Origin: Takakia lepidozioides
Lineage: Eukaryota > Plantae > Bryophyta
Length of the DNA: 64,000 nucleotides
Direction of reading: 5' to 3'
Assembly (NCBI GenBank): GCA_030704615.1
Contig: CM060733.1
Span: 12,462,001 to 12,526,000, forward strand
Shown: one piece after another, positions 14,094 through 27,678 of the stretch
Numbering within the stretch: the stretch's first letter is position 1
Layout: every line of letters starts with the position of its first letter
Notes under the pieces: model-generated
What the model was told of the DNA's origin: nothing
Database searches by the model: none
The model's input: only the letters and a program-made list of their open reading frames with translations
Translations under genes and position numbers: made by a program

Positions 14094-15550
14094 TCAAGTG
14101 CGCTTTAGATTTAGGATCTCTAGCTCGTTTGTGACGCCAGTTGAATTCAGTCTCCTCCCCATCACCGGGGGACTTCCCTTTGAGCGGGGATGGATTCTTG
14201 CCATTGAATACGTAAGTTGGAAAGACGGGTTCTGACAGGTCACCTTTACCCCAGGGTGTTGGTGAAATCTTGGAGCAGCTTCCTCCCCCTGCCCTCTAAA
14301 GTTCTGGGAATAGCTGCACATACAACTCCCCATGCCTTCCTCCCCTCAGTACGCAGATCCAGGTAAGTATGAAACAGAATTGATCTGCCGCTGGGGGGCT
14401 TACCCTCGAAAACCCAAGCACATCTAACTTTCCACAAATTCCATAACGTAAGGGCTCTTAGTGCCGCGCAGACAGGATAAGAAGAGGGAGGATGGCCAGG
14501 CAAACAGTTGAGAAGCAGCAGGGAGGAGGGTGGTGGGGAGGGGAGAGAGGCCCAATGTGAGTAGAAAGTTAAGACCACTCGCCACACCCTAAAAGCCACA
14601 TGACAGGATATCAGGCAGTGCTCTATCGATTCTGGTTCAGTTTGACAGACAATGCAGGTAGGCTGATCTTCATGCTTGGCTTGTCTGACTGGAAAAACCC
14701 TGTGTGCCACTTTCCAAAGAAAGGCTGAGACCTTTGTGGCACGATCTTTTCTCTATATATCCTTCCAGATAGCATCCCAGTTCTTTTGTGTGAGCTTGTG
14801 GTTATCCCATGTTGATCTCTATTTTCGACGGAATGAGCGAGCTGGGTTGAGAATGGAGTAGCCCATCTTTACCGAATAAGCAAAGAAGGGGGAGTGTTTA
14901 GCATCCATCCACCTCCACTCTCCTGGATCAAACTGGAGATCCTGCAGGGGGGCGGATAGAAACCAGTACAGAGATATATGATGAGCCCACTGGACTTCCT
15001 GGTTCATAACTGGGATTGGATTAGCATTACCTTCGTAGTCCAGCACCTGAATATGATAAAGGTATTGCATCTGCCTGTCAATGTTGCCACAAAAGGCCAG
15101 GGAGCCTTTACAGTGAGCTCTGAAATGCAGACCCCATGCCATTCCTCCAATTATAGAAAGAACCAAAATGACAGATTGTCCATCACCCTGCCGAGAGGCC
15201 ATCCAAGCTCGGGTATTGCATAGCTCATTGTTCTTTGACAGCAACGGATACATATACTATGGGATATTTGCAAGGATGGTATTCCAAGCTCTTTCCCTTC
15301 TTCCTCCCACAGCCTGAACCACTTCTGCTTGCGGAAGGAACTGCCCTTGGTTTTGCATGTTAGCAATGTGTGTAAAGCCTTCACCTTCCCAAACGGCCCA
15401 TCTTGGGGTTTGTCTTAGCAAGACTTCAGAGTCCAAGTTGTAATTGGCAAAGATTGGTTGCCGCAAGCACTCGGGTCTGTTTATTGGCATTCTCTGAAAT
15501 AGAAATTGCCAAAGTGAATGTGACCATGTGAATGCTTTTTTCTTAAACAA
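14094..15550 (-). mobile_element. L1-type non-LTR retrotransposon, 5'-truncated ORF2 C-terminal fragment with frameshifts
   Basis: zf-RVT-like CCHC motif CIVCQTEPESIEHCLISCHVAFRVW and LWNLWKVRCAWVFE in ORF 14246-14710. Adjacent broken ORFs extend to 15550. Confidence 0.8.
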
Positions 15551-15670
15551 TTTCCCTCAAAAAAATTAATGAAATTCAAGGGCTACTATGATCCCCTCAA
15601 GTTTCATTGAAATTGCTTTCCAAACAGAATTACATTAATATATATACATTGAAGGGTCGGAAGACAAGGC

Positions 15671-16112
15671 TAGACATAGGATGGGTGGGAAAGGAATGTG
15701 CGGGATTTTTTATTTATTTATAAATAAATGCGGAGAGGCCTCCGGATGCCCTTGGTTGGCCTCCAATCAAATCCCCACCCCTATCTGCGTGTGAGCCGTG
15801 CCCTCGTGCCTGTATTATAGAATGAAATATTAGAAGTTTGGATAGTGGCAAGAAAGCATGGTTGGCTTGGTAGCTTAGTGCTTTGGAGCGGGGAGCAATA
15901 ACAAGAGAGCGGGATCAGGGGAGCAACGATGTGGGAACAAAGGAGTAGGGGACTGGGAACATAGGAGTGGACCTTAGGAGGGGGCTTGAAGCACCCCGGA
16001 CAGGACAAGGGTGGGAAATTCACCGCAGGCCCACTCAGTGTCTCTCTAGCTAGCTGGAGTGATCATACCGACAAGGCTTGCACCACAAATTCACTGCCAT
16101 CCTATATCTAGT
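15671..16112. mobile_element. MITE-like element, relative of the element interrupted by the CACTA
   Basis: Ends (C)TAGACATAGGATGG ... CCATCCTATATCTAG(T) are inverted. The interior resembles 17238-17740 plus 30314-30487. Confidence 0.55.
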
Positions 16113-17759
16113 GCACAACATACATACCATGGAATACAAATTAATAATTATTAAACATGGCGAGATATGAAAGAGACGAGGTTGTGTAGCATGTGCGCAC
16201 GCTCACGCCTCTCTGCGCCTGCTCACGCGAGCAGAAGAGGATATGCCACATATTCCAAGAATATTCTTGGAAAAATGCTTTAGCGAAACTAAAATATGAA
16301 AGCCATGCGAAGTTGGGGCATAGGGAATTTCCCGTCAGTGCCATCTCCATCAACACTTTTCGTTGATTAATAGCTGCATATTTAACCATATGCAGTTGAC
16401 GCTCGTAGCAATCACTAATATGCGAAACTAGACATAAGTCATTTTGTCATTTTGTTCCGCCCACGAAAACATGGGTAATGACCTACCCCCAATAAGCATG
16501 TAACAATTCGTTAGCGAAATAAAACAACCTCACGTCGTCCTTACACACAAAATCAAACACAACTCATTTTGTTTCGTCCACGAAACCATTGGATAATGAC
16601 CTACGCAATGATACCTTGAAATTTCGCTAGTGAAATTCGATACCTTGATTTATTTCGATGGCGAAACCCATTATTTGCCTCATTGTATCATTAAATTGTT
16701 CAATTATTGTTTGGTATTTGTGTGTTTTGGACGGTGATGGTTATTGTGGGTTTGTTTTTCCTAATGTGTTATTTTTCTGTAGGATACCAAAGCTGTAAAT
16801 ATTTGGAACTTTAGGAGCTTGTAGATATATATTAGGGGTGCCTATTTCGCATTAGGGTTTAAGGGTTTAGGGACAGAAATAGGCCAGAAATAGGCATAGA
16901 AACCCCTATTTTCGCATGTAGGAACCCTATTTGCGTGTATTCTAATTCTGTGGAAACATCGGTACCTTATTTGTCGTATTTTGCACTCACGACTCACAGG
17001 TGTGGTCACGTTATATGTACCAACCCCCAAACAACCGACATGTAGCCCAGTGGTAATGGGCACATACCACATTGGATGTGGTTGTGGTCTAGTCTGTCAT
17101 GAAGGTGTCCACCTTTCAGGTGGAAGGCACTAGCCCTTGTGGTGAAGAGACACCATAATTTACGCTCCCTTCGGGAGGCTTCTATATTTTATATTTTATA
17201 TTTTACCAACCCCCCCCCCCCCCCCCCCCCCCAAGATACTAGATATAGGATGGGAGTTGAATGCACGCATGCCAGCCTGCCGGTACGGTCGCCGGGGCTC
17301 AATGCCCCGGAGATGGGATGCCCTTGGCGAGGCCCGCAGTCAAATCCCCACCCCCTAGCCTTGCTCTTGTGCCTGCATTAAAGAGTAAGACATTAAATTT
17401 TTGAAAGGTTGTAAGAGAATGGTGGGTAGCTTGGTGGCTGATTGTACAGATTGATGTAGTAGGAGTGTTGGGTTGAAACCTCGGCCATGGTGTGGTTGAT
17501 CTGAAATGATCAATAATTAGAAAAAAACATAAAAACATAAAAACTTTGTATCTCCAAAAAGATTCGTAGTCCTTGAAGCGGGTCTCCGCTCCATTGTTCC
17601 ATATTGTCGCTCAATGTTCCCCCGTTTCCGCTCCCCTCCGTTAGTGCTTATTACTACTCGCGCTCCCCTATTACTACCAAGGACAGGGAGCGGGGGAGCC
17701 ATAACAAAGGAGCAATAACACATGGGAGAGCGGGGGAGCAATACACTACAACAGATGAG

Positions 17760-18370
17760 CGTTTTTATGACTTCATATATGACTATTTTTTCAGTCTTAT
17801 ATGTGTTCATGACTACATCACTCTGTAGTGAAAAAAACCCTGTCATAGCGACTAGTCTTTAGGACTGTGTTTTGCAAGTCATATCCATGACTGCTTGCAT
17901 GGCACCTGGAGTCCTACTGCAGAGAGGGTTGCAGTCACAACTATATGACTAATATATGACTACATTGTCTGTTGAGCGCTGCCTACATAGAGAGGCTTCA
18001 GCGGGACAGGTGCGCCACTGCGCAAGCGACACGTCATGCATTCGTCAGGGGATCATATGACTATATGTCTGCAAAGTGATGCCTACTTGGAGAGGCGACG
18101 GATGGACACGTGCGCCACTACGAATTTGACATGTCACGCCTTCTTGCCATGATCATATGACTACATGTCTGCACAGTGATGCCTACATGGAGAGGCGCTA
18201 GCGAGACACGTGTGCTATGGCAGATTTCACACGTGGTGACTACATGACTCGCTCATATGACTACAGGGATGTCTACATGGAGAGTTGTTAGCGGGACACC
18301 TGTTGCACTTGAGATGTGACATGTGGCACACAGACAAAATATATGACTAGCATATATGACTATGGATCTT
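17760..18370. repeat. CACTA left subterminal repeats (ATATGACTA motifs and ~60-75-bp degenerate tandem units)
   Basis: Many ATGACT/AGTCAT motifs and repeated CATATGACTACATGTCTGCA...GCCTACATGGAGAGGCG...GACACGTG units. Similar motifs occur at 30010-30290. Confidence 0.8.
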
Positions 18371-18919
18371 TACACGTGGTGAAAATATGGATAAAGAATG
18401 TCGTGTCATATACTGCCACGTGTTCTGGTTTGAGCAAGAGTGATGTCACGTGTCATCAAGATTGTTTTCCGAAATAGTTTATATTTTTAATGTTCATATT
18501 TTATTTTTTAGTTTTCATTTAATATTTAAAAGAACAGGGAGATTGCAGCCTTAGATTTTTTTTTTAATGGTATTATTTTTAATATTATTATTTAAAATAA
18601 AAGTGAATTAAATGATTTAAAATCTTCATTACATGGTGAAATTCCAACATGAAAACAGAATGGATCCCTCATGCATACTATCAACCACAAGGAGAATGAA
18701 AATAGTCAACTACAGGGCAATACAAGCCCTATAAATCACATTACAAAAATCCAAATGAGACCAATGTCCCAATGGACACCTCAAAAGCCACAAGGTCAAA
18801 AAATCCATGCCTCAAAGGCCCAGCCAAAAACAAGCAAGCCCACACATGGGCTGAATTGTTGTAGCTAGTATGTTCTAGTGCTATTAGAATCAGAACTCTG
18901 TTAAACAGTGCAATACTGA

Positions 18920-21900
18920 CTATCCCTTCCGCAGCTCCATAAGTTTCAGTAACTTTAGACTCCAAAGTGTTGTCTGGCCAACCACCTGCCTCAACTCGGT
19001 CTGTTTCCTAACACCATTCACATATGGTAGAGGGGTGTTACTGACACATGCCTCTTTGATGTACACACAGGCATAATCAAGGGGCACAACAGGGTACTCG
19101 TAACCCACCACAGCACCTTGAAGAGCAACAATCAGCCCTACTCCACATTTCTTGCGTTTGGAGTTCACATCCAACAGCCGAACCTCGTCACCCACCCTGA
19201 ACTGTGATCCCAACTCCACACAAAAAAGAACACGATGTGAAAACCCATGACATACACACGACTAGGACACTCAACATTTGCGAATTAAAGAGAGCCCCAA
19301 GGTTGGAAAAAATAAAACAAACAAGACAACGGCCTGGACTTACTCCATTTGCAGTCTCCAGTGGCTGTGAGACCTCTTTTGGGGGCTACTCGCCGGGTCG
19401 ACACTCTTGCCCCTCGTCTGTACCGGCTTGTCGACAATATCACCTTTGTTTGTCACAAGTTCCTGTGTCACAGACCAGAGAACAACCAGGAAAGCAATGA
19501 GCAAACATGAATAGTGAATAGAAACAAAATCCAAGTATGAATCAAACAAAAAAAGCCAACATGAAAAGCTGCAAAGAAAACCTAGCATTAATCAAGCAAC
19601 CGAGGAGAAGCATCCAGGAAAGCAATGCAATGAATGAACCCACAAAATTGTAGCCTCTGGAGCACTGTCAGAATGTTTGTACTTTCACAGTAGCAGTGTT
19701 GTATGGTTGTTGTCCGAAAACAGGCTGAGACTCCAAAAACTTGGGAATACTGGCAGCTTTCGATGCCTTCCACAAGAAAGGCCACAACACCTCTGTTAGA
19801 TACTCATCAGTTGGTGAATCTGGTTGCACCTTCCATGGCTCTGGAAAAATCCCACTGAAGGGAGGATTGTTTGCCGCCTTTCTTGGTGTGTCGTCAACAA
19901 GAACAGTGTCCTCATAAGTCCATTCTGGCCAGTCTGCCCACACTCTAGACAAGTTCTTGAAATATAATGGCTTTGAATCAGCTTACGGCATGGGAGGACT
20001 GGATCCTCGTCACAGTGAAGGGCATCCCACTGGAAAACCAGGTTAGTGTGGGCTGCAAAAATATAGTCCACCATTGGGAAGAAGTTGCGAGCTTGGCAAC
20101 AAGACCACACCGCCACCTCAAAATGTTCAAAACACTTTTGCAAAAAGTCATAACAGCGTGGTCTCAAAACTACCATCTTCTTGCCACACATCTTCCCCAC
20201 AAAACCTTTGGGAAGGGATGCAGGCCCATTAGCAGAATGAAAAGATTCACATAACAGACCATTTAAGTCCAGAATTAGTAAATGCTTCCTCGTTGGTCCA
20301 GGAAGTAAACTGACATTTGGCTTCAACATGTGAGCAGGAGAAATTAAAGCAACCTGCTTGTTTGTTTTGTCCCCGTCTGCATCTTCCTCCCCATTTAAAC
20401 TCCCACATACCTGCATACCAGAATCCGGTGTGCCCGGCGGCTCTGTCACCATTGCCCCCTGGACTGCTACTGCCTTTGTACGTGGCAAGGGCTGAATTTC
20501 CACGTGTACCTCACAGCTGGCCTTCCCTGTATCCTGCTGCTGCTCGGTCAAATTCAAAAGATCATCAGTGACAGGAAGACATAAGGGCTTAGAGTGAGCA
20601 CCAGTTACCGTCTGAAATTGGGATTCCAAACATTTTGATACTGTCACAGCAGACGTATCCATCGTAGATGTCACTGGTCCTGCGCCTGGTAGATTAATCC
20701 CCAATCTGGTCACAATGGCTTTCTGGTACTCAATCATACTCTGCATCTGTAATTTTAATTCTGCCATGTCACGTCCTTGTGATTCCACCAGTTTGTCCAA
20801 GCCATCCATCCTGCCAACTACTGTAGAATATGCGAGACTTCCCTCCTGCCAATCCATGAAAACTTGCCCAAGTATGAATCAAACCAAAAAAACCTAGCAT
20901 GAACAACCATTGGAAAGAAAACCCAGGCCAAAAGCCGTGAAAAAAACCCTAGCAACCTATGATGCAGCAACCACTCTAGCAAACGTGGAAAACACACTTA
21001 CCCGCCTGTCACTCCCAGCTGACAACCGTGACACTGAACCCTCTTGAATTTCATATAATGTAGGAGGGCACCCTGATAGTGTTTCCTACAAATTAATCCA
21101 TGCCACAAAAAAACCCATGCCACAAGTCAGTAAGCAATGTGAGGGCTGACTATATACACATAGCAATTCAATGAGGAACAAAATACAGAGTCGTGATGAT
21201 GCCACTTACCAAGCGTGCTTCCACCATTGCCTTCCCACCACGGCCAGTCTTGGTAGGATTCAGAATTGCACCATTTGCCTTCTTCATGTTGCCCGACACT
21301 TTGTGGAACACCTCTGTCTGCCAGTAACTTACAAGCTTGTTCCATACCTCGTCAGATACAGTAATGGGTTTCCCCTTACCACCCAACCACGCAGTGTGTG
21401 CTTCATAACGTTGGCTCTTCATTATTCTGCCAATTGTTTGTTTTAGGTGGAAGTCTTTTAACTCGTGTGGCGTATATGAAAATAGCTTAGCCAGGTGATC
21501 TCTGATTTCGTATACAACTTCATCAGGTTGGTTGTTGATGGCAAGGGAACAATCTAGCTTGCGATAAGCCTGTCCTTTAAGGGCAGCGTGCCATACATTC
21601 CGGGTCTGACCATACGGGGCTCCTTTGAGGTTCGTCAAAATCACCGTGGGAGGAAGACCTGCAGCTATTCTCTCTTCCTTGACCTTGGCAGCTTCAATTT
21701 TGGCTGAGCTATTAGCCCTCCTTAAAGCATTGGTTCTATCATTCTTTGAAACGGCACCCTCCCCTCCTTCAGAGACCTCCGTGCGCTCAGGAGAATTCAA
21801 AGCAGGATCCTGCCAAGTAGGGACTGGTGGCCATGGCTGTTGGCCAGAAGGCCGAGGACCATACTGGCCATACTGTCCATAAGCAGGAGGATATTCCGGT

Positions 21901-23040
21901 GGCCTGCCACCCCCATAGCTATTAGGGGGTGGCAAATATGGTGGAGGAGGATACTGGCCATACTGCCCATATGGAGGAGCACCATATTGACCCTGACCAT
22001 ACTGAGTGCCAGACTGTGGGTACTGAGGCATACCATAATAAGGTGGGGGTACTGGTGGCACAGAACCCACAACGTTGGGAGAGTTAGGGCCACCTCCTGC
22101 GTTCTTGTGGGCGCCATCTCCATTGCTAGCAGCAGGGATCGTGGATCCAGTGCGCTTGTGCTTGCCCTGAAAAGAAATTCCCCCAGTACAATGTGGGTGA
22201 TTACACATACATATAGGCAGCAAGCAGCAAATCCTTGAATTCAGGCAAAACAAACTGGAAGCACATATCATTTGTAAAGACAAGATTACCCAAAACTCAG
22301 TATGATCTTGGGCAGTAAATCTCCCAAATTTGATTGGCCCCAATGATGTCCTCCCAGTACATTTTTGAGCCCTCTTAGGTATGGGGTGTTCCTGAAATCC
22401 ATAGCAAGAATTCAAATGGACAAACCTGATGGGTCCATGATGAAGTATCCCTCCAAGTTTTACTGATATTCTGGGTGCATAAGTAACCCAAGTATCTCTA
22501 TAAGTAGCCATTGTAGCTTAGTACCAGGACGTTGGTTTCATGGGGCAAAGAATTTGAACACACCTGAAGTCTACATTGGCCTGACATCATGCCTTTGGCA
22601 CTTCAACTTGTCTAGTGGAAATCATTTGTGATTGTGCCTTGGCTGACCCCTGCATTGTCCAACTTCCCTGTCTTGACAGACATACCCTATCTCTTCGTGA
22701 TTTTACCAAAAACATACATAATTAGAATCATGGTCATTGTGAAGAACTATAACTCACAGACGGAGAAGGTGTTCGTAGTGTAGATGATGGGCGTTTTTGT
22801 CCTGCGACATGAGCATGGGCATGTTCTCCTCGGCTTGCCGTGGCATCCGCCGACGACGCACTCGCCTCGCACTGGCGTGGGAGGAGTGGATCGTCCTCAT
22901 CGTCCTCAGAAGAGCCCTCATGCAGAATCGTAGTCTTCATCGTCTTCAGTCTGGCACTTTGCCTTGCAGGACCTTGATCCCTAGTTTTTTCCTTCGGAGC
23001 GCGTGGCTTGCGAGGGCGATTCGCTCCCGCAAGCCTGCAC
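18920..23040 (-). pseudogene. CACTA accessory (TnpA/Ptta-like) gene including a Pro/Gly/Tyr-rich region and an FCP1/NIF HAD-phosphatase-like domain; at least one frameshift
   Basis: ORF 21168-22511 contains VWNKLVSYWQTE...KANGAILNPTKTGRGGKAMVEARL, resembling the Ptta/En/Spm family. ORFs 19796-20857 and 19668-19952 contain HLLILDLNGLL, VVLRPRCYDFLQKCFEHFEVAVWS, KPLYFKNLSRVW and TVLVDDTPRKAANNP. The frame changes near 19983. Exon linkage is inferred. Confidence 0.65.
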
Positions 23041-23613
23041 AAACACCTCCATGACCTCCCTCTCAAACAATCACAAACAAATGTAAGCATACATACCCTA
23101 ATACTCTTAAGCCTACGCTGAACCACAGCCGCACCCTACCAGGACGTAATGCCTGCCCACGAATGACGGCGGACATCTCCCGCCTAATGACACACCCTCC
23201 TCAAACCTAATCGTCACTCACTGCATGTTGTTTGCCTCTCTGTTTGTACAAGTCGCAGCTACTCGCCCCCATTTGTGCTATGAAGCTTATGATCGCTGTA
23301 GGAAGGTTAGAGGATAAGGCAAATCGCAAGTTTAGTGGGTGGGTATCCAAAGTCAGGAACTAAACTCACCCATCTATCGACTGCTTGAACGTTGCTTCCA
23401 CCTCCTTTATGGCAGCAATCCGGCGCTCTCGGAACTTCTCGTACTCAGTGAGAGGGACTGTCACTTCGAAGACCTTCCGCTTCACCATGGACACTCAGAA
23501 ACGATACTTATAGTATACTATAGATATAGAAATAGCACATTGGCAGCTGGTGCAAAACTAGAGACAATGCACTGTGCGTAGCATGCAAAGAGGGAAGGGG
23601 TGACGTTCAAAGC

Positions 23614-26600
23614 ATGTACAGTGCAGGTGGCGAACGGATGCGTAGGCGTAGAATAGATGACCGTCTATGGCGAATGGAAGAAGCTTATGCCACAAGGAAT
23701 GGGCATACAAAAATGCTATGCAACTGCGATGAGTGTCATGGAGGAAAAGTACTGTTGTTGGAAACAGTGAGGAATCATTACATGATACACGGGAGGGATC
23801 CTCTTCTCCAACGCTGTTCTCTTCCGGTAAGATCGTCACTTTCCCTTCAGCACTTTAGTTTGAATTTTGAATGCAACGATCCTCTTCTCCACATGTCGAC
23901 ATTTCGTTGGGTGATTGTAGTCAAGAAGTCATAAGATACAGACGTGACTATGACTACGCCACTTCCGTTATCACTTTAATTAATGCACATGTCGTGTTTT
24001 CATTGGTCATGTGTAGTCATGTAGTCATATATGACTAAGTAAGTGACTGCAACTATGACTTCAATGGTTACAAATGTCGTGTTTTGATTGGGTGTATATT
24101 CATAAGATACATACGTAAATATGACTGCATCACTGCAACGTCACCGTGCCTCCTATGTCATAATATGAACAAGTGTCACATCGTTGTTGGTCCACTCACA
24201 AGATGACTATTGGGATGCAGGGATGTGAATATTCAGATGATGAAGACGAAGGCCCTGCGGCACAGCGGGAGCCCAATGTCACAGAGAACGCAGATGAGAG
24301 TGGTGGATTGGAGGTAGAAATGCAGCGTGCATTGCAGGAAGCGTTTCTCTTTGCAGATGCAAACAGAGAGGACCCCATTCATGGTGGAACCGATCACACA
24401 TTTGCCGATCATGACGATGATCTCGACGATTCCGGAGACAATGAATTTGATGAGAATGCTCACCTGCACGTTGATCCCGAGTATGATAAACTCTTCCGAG
24501 CGTCGCAATGTCCACTTTTTGAAGGGTGCTCCATCAGCCGGCTGCAAGCAACTTTGACGAGAATTCATTGCCGAAAACTCACTATAAAGCAAAAACCATG
24601 ATTGCCAAGATGGGATTGCAGTACACGATGATTCATGCCTGTGAGCGTGGTTGTGTACTCTTCCGTGGGGAGTATGAGAATGTAGACATTTGCCCAGTGT
24701 GCCGCAGTTCCCGTTACATTCCAGGTCGTGGAAGTGTGCCCAAGAAAGTATTGCGACACTTCCCTGTCATTCCAAGGTTGAAACGTATGTACCGATGTAA
24801 ATCGATCGCTAACCTCATGACATGGCACGACAGACATAAGAGCCAGGATGGGTTGGTTCGACATCCAGCTGATAGCAAAGCATGGAGACACATTGACACC
24901 ACATTTGCGGATTTTGCTGCAGAGCCACGATCTCTGCGATTTGGATTGGCCTTAGACGGTGTAAATCCCTACGGAGCTCAATCCACAAGTTGGAGCACAT
25001 GGCCCGTTCTCTTGGTCAATTACAATCTGCCTCCGTGGTTAATGACCAAAAAGTTCTTTGTCATGTTAGCGCTACTGATTCCTGGTAAGGAGTCTGTTAC
25101 CTCGGACAACGTAGATGTTTACCTGATGCCCCTAGTGGAAGAGCTATTGGAACTATGGAGAGGGATTGCAGCTCATGATGTTTCCCGTCCTCGTGGTCAA
25201 CGCGAATTCACACTGAGGGCAGTGTTGATGTGGTCAATCCATGACTACCCTGCATATGGCTTGCTCTCAGGTCAAGTGACGAAAGGTTATGCTGGTTGTC
25301 CAGCTTGTGGACCCGGGGTGACTTCACAGCAGTTACACACATGTGGAAAAATTGTTTTCCTAGGCCACCGAAGATTTTTGGCCCGCAATCATCCATATAG
25401 AAGGTCAAGAATGTTCAATGGCGCTACTGAGCATGGAACTCCTCCAAAAACGCAGACTGGAACACAAATCAAGGACCTTGCAACAGCTCGCACTGCATGG
25501 GTGGAAAACGGAGGGACGCCAGATAGCAGGACAGACCCAGCAAAAACTCATGGAGTTAAGCGATTGTCAATTTTATATGTCTTACCTTATTGGGAGGTAA
25601 TTCCTTCATGGCCTTTAAATTGGCTGTGTACATTTTTGCGTTTTCTGTTTAAATTGTGATGAGTAAATGCTCAATTGCTTATGTGTTCATTTTGTAGGGT
25701 CTCCTCATCCGCCACACGTTTGACGCAATGCATTGCGAGAAGAACTTGGCTGAAAATATTATTAAAACTATCTTTGGTGAGAAAGACACATTGAAAGTTC
25801 GCCGTGATTTGGAGCTACTTGGGATGCGCCCGGAATTGTGGCTACAACGTGATCCTGACAGAGCAGATACGTTAATTATGCCTCCTGCCCCTTATGTCCT
25901 CACTGAGGCTGAGTTACAAGTCTTTCTGGAGATTGTGCAGAACTTGAAAGTGCCAACAGGCTACGCATCAGCTTTCAAAAAGCATGTGGTGAAGAAGAAG
26001 TTGTCAGGCATGAAATCACATGACTATCATGTGCTCATGCAGCAAATTATACCGCTTGCTATCCGTGGGCTCATGCCAAGTGGTCCTCGAAGGGCCATTT
26101 TGCGAGTATGTCGTGTATTTAAGAAGTTGTGTGCAAAAGTGGTGAATCCTGTAGAGTATGAGGAATTGAGAACTGAAGCAGTTCTCACTCTGTGTCTTAT
26201 AGAGAAGGAGTTCCCACCATCATTTTTTGATGTGATGACACATCTGGTTGTTCACCTAGTGGATGAGTTGTACTTATGCGGGCCCGTAGCATCTCGTTGG
26301 ATGTACCCCATGGAGCGGGCAATGAAAGATATGAAGGGCTACGTAAGAAACATGGCAAGGCCCGAGGGGAGCATGGCAGAAGGATACCAATTTGAAGAAG
26401 CATTGGGTTTTTGCACAGAGTATATGGCAGGATTTGATGGAAGTGTACGAAGGGTGTGGGATGCAGATGAGGCAGAATCTGTGGAACGTGAAGTTGTGGA
26501 AGGAAGTTCTAAAGCCCGAAAATTGAATGACCTGTGTGATATTGTACATGAGTACATCATTCAGAACCATCCTCGTCTATCAGTCATGTTGGGGTAAGAA

Positions 26601-27678
26601 ATCTACTTCATTGACATTCAGATTTCCAAGTTTTAGTCATTTATCATTAGTTGGCATATGGCGTCTTTTCAAATCTCCCACGCCACCTCTGTCAATCTCC
26701 TGGCTGACCCTCGGATTGTGACAGGATATATGAAGCAGAGTCCACACGGATAGAAGCCAGACGACGCTTGTTTCGTGAGGAGCAAGGGCTGGAAGGCATG
26801 AGCAATCCCACGGCAATTCAGTACCCTCCTGATTTGCATCCTTGTCCTCCATTTGCTGTTTGGCTCCCTCAAGGTGTACGGGATCATCTCTCAATTCAAT
26901 CAGATGGGCTTGATCCTACAACACGTGAGGAATTACTGGATCTTTCAAGGCCTCCATCATTTACTGCCCTGTCATTCAAGAGTATGACAGCGTATGGTAA
27001 CCATTACAGGGTTACATCCCCCGGCATGAACACAACAAGTATGGTGTCTTTTGATTGTGGAGTCTCATCTGTTTTCCAGCACCAGCCCATTACCAACAAT
27101 TCAGGCAATGACATGGAGGAACCTACAAGATATGTGGGTCTTATAAGGGAGATTTTGCAAATTGACTATGGCCAAACACAGCCTATAGTGTTTTTGTGTT
27201 CGTGGGTACGGGCGAGTCGCGTGGGTCGTCAACCTATGTCAATGAAGCAGGATGATGCTGGCTTCACACTTGTCAATTTTAACCGTATGCTTCCACCTTC
27301 TGAGCAACCTTTTGTGTTTCCTGGCCAGGTTGATCAAGTGTTTTTTTCTGATTGTGTGAAGGAGCCGGGGTGGAAAGTCGTCCTGGAGAAGAGCCCCCGA
27401 GCACGTAGAGTGGTCTGCGACATATCAATTGATAATGATGATGTGGCGGAAGTGGAAGGATTGTTAGCCCCACAAAGACTAGAGGAGACTGTGGTTACTG
27501 ATGGCCCAACATGCAGCCGAGCGGTACCGGTTACTCCAGAGCAGGTGGCCTCCTTGTACCTCCGAGCACCCGTATACGTGGTGATGATGTTCAGCCAACC
27601 CTTGGAGAAGATGAAGTCTGTGATGAAGACAGTGATACATGTAGTGACCCAGACATAGATGAGGATGATGAAGATTAG
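23614..27678 (+). pseudogene. CACTA Tnp2/TnpD transposase (transposase-associated domain, Transposase_21, DUF4218, DUF4216); frameshifted
   Basis: MLCNCDEC exon; IHACERGCVLFRGEY...CPVC, HPADSKAW, GLALDGVNP, WSIHDYPAYG, MHCEKN, GMKSHDYHVL, FFDVMTHLVVHL, SRWMYPMER, EQPFVFPGQVDQVFF. An apparent deletion plus frameshift lies at ~24555 (SRLQATL jumps to ENSLPK), and a second frameshift near 27570 precedes an acidic tail. Confidence 0.9.

Noticed and set aside
16140-16720. Old dispersed repeat with weak inverted similarity to ~34250-34330, ~36600-36740 and ~57700-57850
   Set aside because: Too degenerate to define ends or family by eye.
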